A stretch of 64,000 nt of DNA from Escherichia virus KFS-EC, in the sequence record MH560358. One strand, 5' to 3'. Below, in pieces: positions 18,935-28,982 of the stretch. The first letter of the stretch is position 1. Every line of letters begins with the position of its first letter. A program made the position numbers and the translations under genes. Below the pieces are notes generated by a model that saw nothing but the letters and a program-made list of their open reading frames with translations, did not search any database and had not been told where the DNA came from.

Positions 18935-19773
18935 TGGCACGACTTTCTAAACAAGAACAAAAATTACACGACCGAGCAATGGAGTTGATTAATTCAGATC
19001 GTCCATTGACATTTGAAGAAAAAGAATTTTGCTATAATAACTATCATGGCGATGGGCTAGGTGGTTCCGGTGCATTCTTTACCCCAGAATGGCTTGCCTG
19101 GGATTTTACCATTGACGCACACTGCACAGGAAAAGTATTGGACCTTTGTGCTGGGATCGGTCGTTTATCTTTTTGTATGTTGCATCGTTGTAAGCCAGAA
19201 AAGATCGTATGCGTCGAACTCAATCCAGAATTTGCGCGGATTGGCAAGCGACTATTACCGGAGGCAGAATGGATCACCAGCGATGTATTCGAATTTGAGT
19301 CAAACGAGAAATTCGATGTTGTAATTAGCAATCCACCTTTCGGGGAAATCAATACTACCAACACAAAGGATGTATTTGAATATACTGGCGGTGAGTTTGA
19401 ATTTAAGGTTATGACGTTAGGCCAGAAGTTTGCCGATGTAGGTTACTTTATTGTTCCTTCTAGTTCCGCTGGTTTTGCCTATTCCGGCAGACCTTATTAT
19501 GATGAATCAGTGAAGTCTAATAAATATCTAAAATGGAGCAAACAAACTGGTTTGGTGACTTATGCCGGATGTGGGATCGATACATCAGTCTATCGCGATG
19601 AATGGCATAATACCAACGTTTTAACAGAAGTGGTTGAGGTTCGGTATTACGAGAAAGAAGCCGTAGAAGCGCCTAAATCGCGTCCTAACGAACAAATAGA
19701 AGAAAGTAAGGAGATTACCTTACCGAAACAGGAAACAGCGTCTGTGGCGCTCTCAGACTTGTTTGACATTTAA
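18934..19773 (+). CDS. putative N6-adenine (amino) methyltransferase, gamma-class-like
   Basis: Motif order FFTP (motif X-like), VLDLCAGIG (SAM-binding motif I), NPPFG (motif IV catalytic); substrate (DNA, RNA or protein) cannot be decided from sequence. Confidence 0.7.
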   Translation: MARLSKQEQKLHDRAMELINSDRPLTFEEKEFCYNNYHGDGLGGSGAFFTPEWLAWDFTIDAHCTGKVLDLCAGIGRLSFCMLHRCKPEKIVCVELNPEFARIGKRLLPEAEWITSDVFEFESNEKFDVVISNPPFGEINTTNTKDVFEYTGGEFEFKVMTLGQKFADVGYFIVPSSSAGFAYSGRPYYDESVKSNKYLKWSKQTGLVTYAGCGIDTSVYRDEWHNTNVLTEVVEVRYYEKEAVEAPKSRPNEQIEESKEITLPKQETASVALSDLFDI

Positions 19774-19777
19774 TTAT

Positions 19778-19804
19778 AAGCCGTCCTCGTGGGCGGCTTT
19801 TTTG
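19778..19804 (+). terminator. intrinsic terminator
   Basis: AAGCCGTCC...GGGCGGCTTTTTTG. Confidence 0.55.
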
Positions 19805-19813
19805 TATGTATTT

Positions 19814-19821
19814 TATAAATA
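19814..19821 (+). promoter_or_regulatory. T4-type late promoter (TATAAATA)
   Basis: Exact TATAAATA about 28 nt upstream of the gp9 ATG. Confidence 0.6.
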
Positions 19822-19848
19822 ATACATCATAACACGAGGAATTAAACA

Positions 19849-20703
19849 ATGGCACAAGTTCCAAAGAAAAGAATAGACACTGGTACAGTCGGCAATCCAT
19901 CGACTGGCGATATCTTATATGATGGCGGTAATAAAATTAACGATAACTTTGATTCGATCTATGACGCATTTGCGGACCAACGTCTAAAAGAGATTGATCA
20001 TGGTGCTGGTCGAATGGTTATTCATGCCACTGGATACTATCAGAAACACCCACGACAAAATTATGCAGGAACGGCGGTAGAGATTGGCAGTCTGCATGAT
20101 ATTGACACAACTCAAGGCGCATTAATAGCAATCCTTCCTAAAGCTAAAGTTGGTGAGGGTGTTGTGTTCATAAATAGTAACGGTAGCTTTTCGGCAACAA
20201 CACCACTAAACATTAGAACTCAAGCAGGAGATTCTATTAGCGGGTATTCCGGTGACGCGGTAATAACTCAACCTTTCTCAAAAGTCACCGTCTGGTGTAC
20301 TGCCGTCGAAGGTAGTAGGGTTACATGGCGGCTGGGCATCGAAAGTATGTTTACCGACACAACCACACCACTAGATAGGACAGTTAATGTAACTGGAGTT
20401 GCAACCAACGTTGCTATTGCAGCAAAAACAGAATATGTATCAATTAAACTACTAACAACCGCTAGCAATACGACGGGTTCAAAAATGCGCTCAAGCGAAA
20501 CTCTATTGATGATTGATGCCAGAGCCGGAAAAGTTTACGCGACAGAATATGCGGTTTTACAGAAAACAGAAGACGAATTATACACGGTTCGTTATTTCAT
20601 TGGTTCCGGCGATAAAGTATATGCAGAGTATAAGGCTACTGGCGAAAATATTCGTTTAGCAGTTAAAGCCACAGACACTATTAAAATCGGGGTTGCTACA
20701 TGA
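19849..20703 (+). CDS. 9: baseplate wedge / long-tail-fibre socket protein gp9
   Basis: N-terminus PKKRIDTGTVGNPSTGDILYDGGNKINDNF matches the recalled T4 gp9 N-terminus. Confidence 0.85.
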   Translation: MAQVPKKRIDTGTVGNPSTGDILYDGGNKINDNFDSIYDAFADQRLKEIDHGAGRMVIHATGYYQKHPRQNYAGTAVEIGSLHDIDTTQGALIAILPKAKVGEGVVFINSNGSFSATTPLNIRTQAGDSISGYSGDAVITQPFSKVTVWCTAVEGSRVTWRLGIESMFTDTTTPLDRTVNVTGVATNVAIAAKTEYVSIKLLTTASNTTGSKMRSSETLLMIDARAGKVYATEYAVLQKTEDELYTVRYFIGSGDKVYAEYKATGENIRLAVKATDTIKIGVAT

Positions 20704-22502
20704 AACAATTAATTAATATCGGTAACGTTGTAGATGACGGTACTGGTGATTATCTAAGAAAAGGCGGTCAAAAGATCAACGACAACTTTTCTGAACTTTA
20801 TACTAAGCTGGGGGATGGCGATACCCCCCACGCATCCGGTGCATGGAAAACGCATACAGATCCATTATTAAAGCCTAATTTTGGTGATGCGTGGGCTATC
20901 AATACAACAAACAACGCTGTGTCGGTAGAGCTTCCTAAAGGTGGCGTTGGTGATTATAACAAGACAATTAAACTTCGTGATGTTTGGCGCTCGTGGGCGT
21001 CTCACAACGTAACACTTAAGCCAGCGCAAGGCGATACAATTAAAGGATCACCAATCGACCGAGAATTGTATAAAGACTTCATGGACGTTGAATTGGTTTA
21101 TTGTGCGCCTGGACGTTGGGAATATATCGAAAACAAGAGAGTTGACACGATCACCACGTCTGATCTAAGCACAGTAGCTAAGGAAGTTTATATTGCCACA
21201 GAAGGGCAAACAGATTTCCCTAATGTATTTGGTTCCAACACATATAACACGCGAAATGTGGAAGTATATTATCGAGGAAACCTTTTATATTATGGCAAGT
21301 CTTTTAGTAATGACTCTAACTACGGTTCAATCGGTGAGGATGGATCACTTGTTGAACTTGATGGCAAAAGCATAAAACTTCGTTTTCCTTGTTCTGCTGG
21401 GGACACCGTTCAAATTATTACATATATGGACGGAATTGCGTCTTTCCGTTCTAGTTATATCACGCACACAATTAGAGTGTATGATACCGGAATGACAGCA
21501 CTAGAAACTATTCCGGGTGAAGTATGGGTTGGTGATTTGTCTAAGAAAAAAGAATTTACTAATGCTGATTTGGGCGTTAGTAAACGTGATATAATTAACC
21601 CAAATTCATTTGAGTTATTAATAAATGGTACTCAAATGATTAAAGCTGGTGATGCTGATCTTCCTTCGTTTGTCTGTGAAGGTGCTGACGGAGAAACCGA
21701 AGAGAGTTGCGCACTTGCTGGCGGTCAGTGGGTACAGTCTGGAGAAGATTATTCACTGGTATTTGATGAGAATAGCATTGTAACAGGGATTAAATTAGCT
21801 AAAGCGTTGGACAATAGAGATACTATAACAATTCGTTGGTTTAATAACGATATCGGAACTCTATTAGAATGGGATGGTGTCGGCGGAATTAAAGAAAAAG
21901 CAGACAAGATTTATCTCAATAACGAAGACGAAGTTAATTTAACAAAACAAATTGAATATACAGACTTCCAGAATCCTAGCCAGAAAAACACTCGTCCGGC
22001 GGAAGAGTATTCAGGTCGAATTATGGATATATATTCACTGTTTGATATTTTCCATCCGGTCGGCACGATATACGAAAACGCACATAACCCAGCTAACCCA
22101 GCGACCTATATGGGGTTTGGTATCTGGGTTCGGTATGCGGAAGGAGAATTTCTTGCTGGTTGGTCTTCCGATGCCAGCGACCAGAATTTTGCATTAAACA
22201 ATAACGATCTTGATGTTCATGGACAACCTACACACACCGCTGGCGGTACTGGTGGTGATGTTGCCTATCAAATCAAGAAAAATATGATTCCTGAATTACA
22301 ATCCAGCGATCGTGTTTTGGTGAAAGACGATACAGGGTCGATTATCATTGGTGGCTGTCAAGTTGATCCCGATGCGGAAGGTCCAGCGTTTACGAAATAT
22401 CGAGAGGATATCGTAAAAGTTAATTCTGGAAATGTTGACCCATCAATGATGGGTATTCTTCCTCCATATCGCACCGTTCATCGCTGGTTAAGGGTAGGTT
22501 AA
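20700..22502 (+). CDS. 10: baseplate wedge protein gp10
   Basis: 600 aa; position between gp9 and gp11. Confidence 0.8.
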   Translation: MKQLINIGNVVDDGTGDYLRKGGQKINDNFSELYTKLGDGDTPHASGAWKTHTDPLLKPNFGDAWAINTTNNAVSVELPKGGVGDYNKTIKLRDVWRSWASHNVTLKPAQGDTIKGSPIDRELYKDFMDVELVYCAPGRWEYIENKRVDTITTSDLSTVAKEVYIATEGQTDFPNVFGSNTYNTRNVEVYYRGNLLYYGKSFSNDSNYGSIGEDGSLVELDGKSIKLRFPCSAGDTVQIITYMDGIASFRSSYITHTIRVYDTGMTALETIPGEVWVGDLSKKKEFTNADLGVSKRDIINPNSFELLINGTQMIKAGDADLPSFVCEGADGETEESCALAGGQWVQSGEDYSLVFDENSIVTGIKLAKALDNRDTITIRWFNNDIGTLLEWDGVGGIKEKADKIYLNNEDEVNLTKQIEYTDFQNPSQKNTRPAEEYSGRIMDIYSLFDIFHPVGTIYENAHNPANPATYMGFGIWVRYAEGEFLAGWSSDASDQNFALNNNDLDVHGQPTHTAGGTGGDVAYQIKKNMIPELQSSDRVLVKDDTGSIIIGGCQVDPDAEGPAFTKYREDIVKVNSGNVDPSMMGILPPYRTVHRWLRVG

Positions 22503-22503
22503 T

Positions 22504-23148
22504 ATGATTTCTAAAACACGTTCTAAAGCAAGCGTATTTTCTAGTGACGCAGCATTCATTTCATACGATCCGGGGTTGAAAGACCCCGTTATTGGCAACA
22601 TTCGCCCAATTGGTGGATTAAACGTAGACCAATCTCGCAAAGGTTCTTTTATTAACAACGTGCAGTCGGCAATTGATGACCTGTATAGCATTTCTATGCT
22701 TAATGTTGGTGATGTATTGGTAACTACAAATTCAACTCCACCGGAAGCGGCAGGACAAATAGAAACTCTTTCTTTCACTGGAACGGTAACAAATAAACAC
22801 GATCCAGCCGCGCAAAAAGTTGTAATTGAAGTTTTGGGCTATCCATTTGTTGTTAATGTTGGAACATCGAATGTTGCATTGTGCGAGACAGTTGCAGAAA
22901 AATTTACTGAATTGAAAGACAAAAGCATCCTGTTCTCTAAAGTTCAGAGGAAAGGCACTGGCAACGATCAAATAGAGATTCAGTATATTGATTCAAACGC
23001 ACACGAAGCAACGGTCGTAGAAAAATATGGTATTAGCGTTCGTGGGGAAATAAATTCCCCTGCTCGTTATGGTTATGGTGCATGGTCCAAATTGGGAACG
23101 GAAGAAAAATTTGATACAACACTATTTTATTTTAAGCGTATTGCGTAA
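22504..23148 (+). CDS. 11: baseplate wedge protein gp11
   Basis: 214 aa; C-terminal ...LFYFKRIA similar to recalled T4 gp11 end. Confidence 0.8.
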   Translation: MISKTRSKASVFSSDAAFISYDPGLKDPVIGNIRPIGGLNVDQSRKGSFINNVQSAIDDLYSISMLNVGDVLVTTNSTPPEAAGQIETLSFTGTVTNKHDPAAQKVVIEVLGYPFVVNVGTSNVALCETVAEKFTELKDKSILFSKVQRKGTGNDQIEIQYIDSNAHEATVVEKYGISVRGEINSPARYGYGAWSKLGTEEKFDTTLFYFKRIA

Positions 23149-23158
23149 GGTGTAAATT

Positions 23159-24562
23159 ATGAATAACACTATTAATCACATAAAAGACGATGCACAGTAT
23201 GTTAAGTTTGACCCTACCGGAAATTGGCCTAGCAATATAAAAAACGTACAAGCGGCATTAGCCGCTATTCAGGGGTTTGCTATTGCAGGTCTTCCAACGG
23301 CAACCGAAGAAACAGCGGGTATTGCTGAAATTGCTACTCAAAAAGAAGTAGATGATGGGTTGGATGGAACTAAAATTGTTACCCCAAAAACATTGGCTGT
23401 TAAGCTGTCAAGACCGGACGCAACAAAATTTGTTAAAGGGATCACTCGCTATGCTAATAACGACGAAGCTATGGGCGATACTCCAAATATTGCAATTGGT
23501 CCTGATACATTAACCCATGTATTCGAGAAGAAGAAAGCAACGGAAACCGTACAGGGTACAATTAAAATTTGTTCTATGGATGCGGCAAAAATCGGTAGCG
23601 ATGACACTATGGCAGTTACGCCTAAAAAGATGCACGCTGCTATTGCTCAGATTGTTCCTGGGTTGATTCCAGAACAAAACACGGCGACCGAGTCCCGTGA
23701 GGGTTTAGTTAGACTGGCGACAAGCCAACAAACGCTTGCTGGTACTATCAGAGAAGGATTTGCCGTTAGTCCATATGCATTTTCCAACGCAAGAGCAAAT
23801 GAAAATCAGGCGGGTACGGTTAAAATTGCCTCATCCCAACAAATGATTGACGGTAATGACAACACAGTAGTAGTATCAGCACAAAAATTTGCGAACACTA
23901 AAGCAACCACTGGACAATTCGGTGTTGTTAAGCTAACAGATAATCCCGGTTCCGGTGAAGCAAATGCTGCGTTATCTGCAAATGCTCGTGTATTGCCTCT
24001 AAGCGGTGGTGTCGTTACCGGTGATGTGTATCGTCATAGCGGAGGCGACGGAAACCAGTTTACCACTAAAAACGAAATGGATGCATGGTGTATGCCAATT
24101 GGTGCAATTATTCTAACTGCATTCAATAGCAATGATCATGGCGCATTTAAAATTTGTAACGGGCAATGGTTGAATAAACACCAATATCCTACGCTATTTG
24201 CTCGCATCGGATTTACATATGGTGGTGACGGTGGAGACCATTTTGCTGTTCCAGATATGCGCGGTCTTGTTGCTCGTGGGTGCGATTGGGGAAGAGGTTT
24301 AGACCCAGGTCGTGGATTTGGTACTTATCAAGACGACACCATGCAACATATGACAGGTAACTTCCCTGTAGCTAACCGCTATCGCGGTTGGACTGGTGGT
24401 GCATTTACCATCACAGGTGGTCAATGGAGCACGAACTATAAAAACGGTGGCGGCGATGATTGGGGTAGTATTGTTAACTTTGACAGCGCAAGACAGGTTA
24501 GAACGTCTGGCGAAACTCGCGTTAAAAGCCTTGCATTAAACTACGTTATAAGGGTACAATAA
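23159..24562 (+). CDS. 12: short tail fibre protein gp12
   Basis: N-terminal YVKFDPTGNWP..., C-terminal ...ALNYVIRVQ similar to recalled T4 gp12. Confidence 0.85.
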   Translation: MNNTINHIKDDAQYVKFDPTGNWPSNIKNVQAALAAIQGFAIAGLPTATEETAGIAEIATQKEVDDGLDGTKIVTPKTLAVKLSRPDATKFVKGITRYANNDEAMGDTPNIAIGPDTLTHVFEKKKATETVQGTIKICSMDAAKIGSDDTMAVTPKKMHAAIAQIVPGLIPEQNTATESREGLVRLATSQQTLAGTIREGFAVSPYAFSNARANENQAGTVKIASSQQMIDGNDNTVVVSAQKFANTKATTGQFGVVKLTDNPGSGEANAALSANARVLPLSGGVVTGDVYRHSGGDGNQFTTKNEMDAWCMPIGAIILTAFNSNDHGAFKICNGQWLNKHQYPTLFARIGFTYGGDGGDHFAVPDMRGLVARGCDWGRGLDPGRGFGTYQDDTMQHMTGNFPVANRYRGWTGGAFTITGGQWSTNYKNGGGDDWGSIVNFDSARQVRTSGETRVKSLALNYVIRVQ

Positions 24563-26331
24563 TGATCGAACAATTAAACATTCGAAAGATCCCTAACGTC
24601 GATGGTGTCCCCGGAGAGGGACAACATTCTATTAGCTGGATTAAAAATGGTGAATGTCTAAGCGCAGCAACCACAGAAACAGGACACGAGGGGACGCTTA
24701 ACCGCGCCCCTTATGCGATTCAAGAAAATATTGTTCGTCTGGATGAAAATTCTAAGACAACGGTAACAAAAGTTAACGAAGTTGTTACAGCAGTTAATGA
24801 TATTAAAACTACTTTAGGCGCGGTTGCTGATGGTAGTATTATTGATATTGTCAATCAAACTATTGCAAAGGTTGAGTCTGTAGAAGAAAATTTAGGAGAA
24901 ACTTCAAGGACATTACAAACCACAGTAGATGAACTGGCGGAGACAGGAAAGAAAATTGGTGTTCGTCCGGCAGCAGATCCGAGTACACGAACAATATATG
25001 ATGATATTTCTTTCATCAAACAAGAATTGGGTGCTTTCCCTAACTTCAACATCAACGGTTATCCAGATCCAGGTAGTTCCGGTTCCGGTATCAAATATCG
25101 AGTTATCCAGAATACGGAAGCATTAAACAACCACGGTCAGCGAATCCGCCAACTAGAAAACGACTGGCAAGATTCTGACGTTGGAGAGCTAACAAAACAA
25201 GTTAACAAAATGCGAAGCGAGCTAGGCGACCCATCACTAGCAACACAGGACAATGTTTATCTTCGTCTTCGTACCAACACTCGCAATATCGCTAGTATAT
25301 CAAACGAAGTTCAGGAAGTAAAGAAAGCGATTCTATTTGAATCAATTCCTGATATCGGTACTAAAGTAACCAAGCTACAATCTGATTATACACAGCTTAA
25401 TGATGAAGTCAACGGCGTTGACGCTGGTATCCGTCCTCGTTTAACTCGTCTGGAAAATAAGATTGGCAATCCTCAATCCGCTGGAAGTATTGATTATCGA
25501 TTGACTAATCAAGAACGGGAATTTGTAGATCTTAAATCTATTGTCGGTTTCAGTGGTGCTGATGGCCTACGTGGTGAGGTTGCACGAATCACTAACACCG
25601 TCGGCACGGATAACGAGCGTCACACAATCGCTGGTCGACTGAAAATCGTCGAAAACACGCAAGGGCGTTTAGAAGCAAACGTGCAGGATATCGAGCAAAT
25701 GATCGGCAATCGAGATTCCGGTCTAATCGCTGGGGTTATTAAGCTGTCAAGCGACATGTACGGCAATCCAGAAGGAAGCACGCAGTTTGAACAAGATGGG
25801 ATCGTGAAAACTGTTAAGGCATTGAGCACGTCAAATGAAAGCAAGGTAACAGACGTTCCTGATGATGGGTTCCACTATCTCCGCAAACACGGAGAATGGG
25901 TCCAAGTTGCGTGGGCTGCTGGTGCATTTAAAAACACCACTCAGATTGATCTTACTCTAGACGAACAAGACCAATACAAAGGAATCCCGCTTACTGACAT
26001 GACCGCAGAAGTTCCAGTGCGTGGATTGGTTAAGAGCGAATCTCTTGTTACGGTTAACGACAAAGGCTTATTCCGTTGTGTTTTCCGTTGTTCTGTACAC
26101 GCGGCACATAACGCTACTTTCGTAGTCGGTATTGCTAAAAATGGTCAGATTGTACATGAGGTACGAAATGGTCATTATGGAACTGATGAATTAATTAGCT
26201 ATTCTACCAGTGCTTTCCTAAATATTGAAAAGGGCGACCGGATCGATATTCGTATTAAGGGTGTATCCGTAGAAGCATTAGCGCAACCGCTACAAATTAA
26301 AGAGTTCCTCTTTGGGATTTCTCCGGTATAA
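24562..26331 (+). CDS. wac: fibritin (whisker) with C-terminal extension
   Basis: N-terminus NVDGVPGEGQHSISWIKNGE, long coiled-coil-like middle, foldon-like FHYLRKHGEWVQV, then ~140 extra residues. Confidence 0.85.
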   Translation: MIEQLNIRKIPNVDGVPGEGQHSISWIKNGECLSAATTETGHEGTLNRAPYAIQENIVRLDENSKTTVTKVNEVVTAVNDIKTTLGAVADGSIIDIVNQTIAKVESVEENLGETSRTLQTTVDELAETGKKIGVRPAADPSTRTIYDDISFIKQELGAFPNFNINGYPDPGSSGSGIKYRVIQNTEALNNHGQRIRQLENDWQDSDVGELTKQVNKMRSELGDPSLATQDNVYLRLRTNTRNIASISNEVQEVKKAILFESIPDIGTKVTKLQSDYTQLNDEVNGVDAGIRPRLTRLENKIGNPQSAGSIDYRLTNQEREFVDLKSIVGFSGADGLRGEVARITNTVGTDNERHTIAGRLKIVENTQGRLEANVQDIEQMIGNRDSGLIAGVIKLSSDMYGNPEGSTQFEQDGIVKTVKALSTSNESKVTDVPDDGFHYLRKHGEWVQVAWAAGAFKNTTQIDLTLDEQDQYKGIPLTDMTAEVPVRGLVKSESLVTVNDKGLFRCVFRCSVHAAHNATFVVGIAKNGQIVHEVRNGHYGTDELISYSTSAFLNIEKGDRIDIRIKGVSVEALAQPLQIKEFLFGISPV

Positions 26332-26337
26332 GAAATT

Positions 26338-26361
26338 AAAGGGGCGTTAAGCCCCTTTTTC
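26338..26361 (+). terminator. intrinsic terminator after wac
   Basis: AAAGGGGCGTTAAGCCCCTTTTT. Confidence 0.65.
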
Positions 26362-26377
26362 GTTTATAGGTGATATT

Positions 26378-27310
26378 ATGTCAGGATATGTAACCAATAA
26401 CCCCAGAGAATTAAAAGACGCTATTCTGCGTCGTTTAGGCGCACCAGTAATTAACGTAGAAGTCACAGAAGACCAGATTTACGATTGTATTCAGAGAGCA
26501 CTAGAACTCTATGGAGAATATCATTTCGATGGTGTGAATAAAGGATATAAAGTATTTCGTGTTAGTGCAGAGCAAGCGCAACACGGGGTATTTGATTTAA
26601 GCGATTCTGGAGTATTCGCAGTAACTAAAATAATTCGAACAAACGTAGGTAGCGCGGCTACGATGGATGGTACTGCCGTTTATCCGTGGTTTACTGACTT
26701 TCTGTTGGGTTTAGCGGGTGTAAATGGCGGTTTAGGATCTGGCTGTAGTAAATTTTATGGTCCAAATGCAATGGGTGGTGATCTAGGATATTTCGAACAT
26801 CTTATGAGCTATAGAGCCACTATGCAAAATATGCTCAATCCGCTGCCAGATTACTGGTATAATAGCGCAAACGGACAACTTAAGATTACAGGAAACTTCC
26901 GAGAAGGTGATCTCATTGTTGTTGAATTATATGTTAAAAGCTATGTAGACGTTCCTGATATGATCGGCGCGGTTGCTGGTTATGCTCATGCGGGAGGATG
27001 TTCTACCGCTGGCGGGATTAGCGCCGTTTATGATAATCCAACTGCTGGTTTAAGCGGGATTGTTGCTGGCATGGGACCGATCAGTGAGAACAAGCAGGGC
27101 GCATATAATAACCGTTGGGTTAAAGACATGGCAACCGCTTTCACTAAGGAGGTGTGGGGGTCCATCATGGCTAAACATCAAGGTCTGCAATTACCCGGCG
27201 GTGTCACTGTTGATGGTATCCGAATCATTGAAGAAGCACGCGCCGACATTGAGAAATTGCGACAAGAACTACTTGACTTAGATCCACCATTTGGTATACT
27301 AATGATATAA
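26378..27310 (+). CDS. 13: neck protein gp13
   Basis: 310 aa; position and size. Confidence 0.7.
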   Translation: MSGYVTNNPRELKDAILRRLGAPVINVEVTEDQIYDCIQRALELYGEYHFDGVNKGYKVFRVSAEQAQHGVFDLSDSGVFAVTKIIRTNVGSAATMDGTAVYPWFTDFLLGLAGVNGGLGSGCSKFYGPNAMGGDLGYFEHLMSYRATMQNMLNPLPDYWYNSANGQLKITGNFREGDLIVVELYVKSYVDVPDMIGAVAGYAHAGGCSTAGGISAVYDNPTAGLSGIVAGMGPISENKQGAYNNRWVKDMATAFTKEVWGSIMAKHQGLQLPGGVTVDGIRIIEEARADIEKLRQELLDLDPPFGILMI

Positions 27311-27363
27311 AATAAATATGGGTATATGTTATCATATACCCTATGTAATATCGGAGATACTAA

Positions 27364-28179
27364 ATGGAACATTATGTATACAAAATAACCAACAAAATAA
27401 ACGATAAGATTTATGTCGGTGTTCGGTCTTGTGATGGATTAGCCGAAGACGATACAAAATACATGGGAAGTGGAAAAATAATAAAACAAGCTATTAAACA
27501 TCATGGATTAGAAAATTTCACCAAAGAGATATTGTCAAAATTTGATAGCAGAGAAGATGCGGATAAAGAAGAGGCAAGGATTGTTACGGTTGATTTTGTC
27601 AAGAGAGAAGACACGTATAATATAGCAGAAGGCGGTGGAACTGTTTGTATGTGGAAGGTTTCTGATGAAGCAAAGATAGAAGAAATGAGAAAAAAGATCT
27701 CAGAGAAAAATACTGGAAGAAAACATACTAAAGATACAAGACAAAAGATGTCCGCATCTCAAAAGGGAAGGAAGCATACGGAAGAAACAAAAGAAAAGAT
27801 GAGGCAAAATAACTTAGGAAAAGTTATTGCAGAAGAGACAAAAGAAAAGTTAAGGATGATTAATTTAGGAAAAAGACACACCGAAGAAACGCGAAGAAAA
27901 ATGTCTGATTCACATAAGGGTCTATCCTTATCCGATGAGGTGAAGGATAAGATAAGACAAAAACACACAGGACGTGTTTTTACTAAAGAATGGAGAGAAA
28001 GAATTAGCAAATCTAGAATCGGAATAACTAGCACTAGATCAAGAAGAATAAGCATCAACGGAGTGATATACAATAGCATAGGAGAAGCTGTTATAAAATT
28101 AAACGTTAAGAGAGGATTGATTGTCGGAAGACTTAAATCAAATACCGATAAAAACAAAAATTATTTCTTCGTAGATTAA
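27364..28179 (+). CDS. GIY-YIG homing endonuclease with NUMOD3-like repeats
   Basis: N-terminal YVYKITNKINDKIYVGV (GIY-YIG) and repeated GRKHTxET(K/R)xKM motifs. Confidence 0.8.
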   Translation: MEHYVYKITNKINDKIYVGVRSCDGLAEDDTKYMGSGKIIKQAIKHHGLENFTKEILSKFDSREDADKEEARIVTVDFVKREDTYNIAEGGGTVCMWKVSDEAKIEEMRKKISEKNTGRKHTKDTRQKMSASQKGRKHTEETKEKMRQNNLGKVIAEETKEKLRMINLGKRHTEETRRKMSDSHKGLSLSDEVKDKIRQKHTGRVFTKEWRERISKSRIGITSTRSRRISINGVIYNSIGEAVIKLNVKRGLIVGRLKSNTDKNKNYFFVD

Positions 28180-28215
28180 TAAATTGGGGGAATACTCCCC
28201 CATTTGGAGTAACAT

Positions 28216-28956
28216 ATGTTTAACAACACTCTTTTTGCTCGCCTTGAATCGCAGAAGGACTACGAGAATACACGACAAACAGAGATTTTAAATCCGTGGG
28301 TGAATTTTAATTCACATACAAACACCCAGACGTTAGCCGACGTTATGGTCGCCGAAGCTATTCAGATGCGAGGTGTAGAATTATATTACATCCCTCGTGA
28401 ATTTGTCAAACCAGATATGATATTTGGTGAGGATGTTCAAAGCAAATTTACTAAAGCATGGAAATTTGCGGCTTATATTAACTCATTTGATGGGTATGAA
28501 GGAGCGGGTAACTTCTTCTCTAGTTTCGGTTATCAAGCCAATGATGAACTAACTTTTACGGTTAACCCCAACCTATTCAAGCATCAAGTAGATGATCAAG
28601 AGCCAAAATCAGGTGACTTAATTTATATTCCAATGAGTAATGATCTCTTTGAAATTAATTACGTCGAGCCATATCAGCCGTTTTTTCAGGCTGGCAAAAA
28701 TGCCATGCGTAAAATTATTGCAGAGAAATTCGTGTATAGCGGTGAGGAATTGCGACCAGAATTACAACGCAATGAGGGAATTAATGTTGATGAGTTTGCG
28801 GATCTGGACCTTGCACCGATCACTAATCTGGACGGATTAACAGATATCAACTTAGAACAGTACAAAGAAGATAAGCAATTCAGAAGCGAAGGACAAGATT
28901 TTATTGACCCGTTTGATCCTATTAATGGCAAGGGTTCACCTTTTGCTAATTTTTGA
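28216..28956 (+). CDS. 14: neck protein gp14
   Basis: 246 aa; position and size. Confidence 0.7.
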   Translation: MFNNTLFARLESQKDYENTRQTEILNPWVNFNSHTNTQTLADVMVAEAIQMRGVELYYIPREFVKPDMIFGEDVQSKFTKAWKFAAYINSFDGYEGAGNFFSSFGYQANDELTFTVNPNLFKHQVDDQEPKSGDLIYIPMSNDLFEINYVEPYQPFFQAGKNAMRKIIAEKFVYSGEELRPELQRNEGINVDEFADLDLAPITNLDGLTDINLEQYKEDKQFRSEGQDFIDPFDPINGKGSPFANF

Positions 28957-28982
28957 TAAATACTCATAAACAAGGGGGTCAA

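Noticed and set aside
18934-19773. Identifying the methyltransferase as the T4 Dam homologue
   Set aside because: Motif order here is FxTP - motif I - NPPF, which fits a gamma-class-like enzyme; T4 Dam as I recall has motif I, then the target-recognition region, then DPPY, and is encoded elsewhere in the genome.
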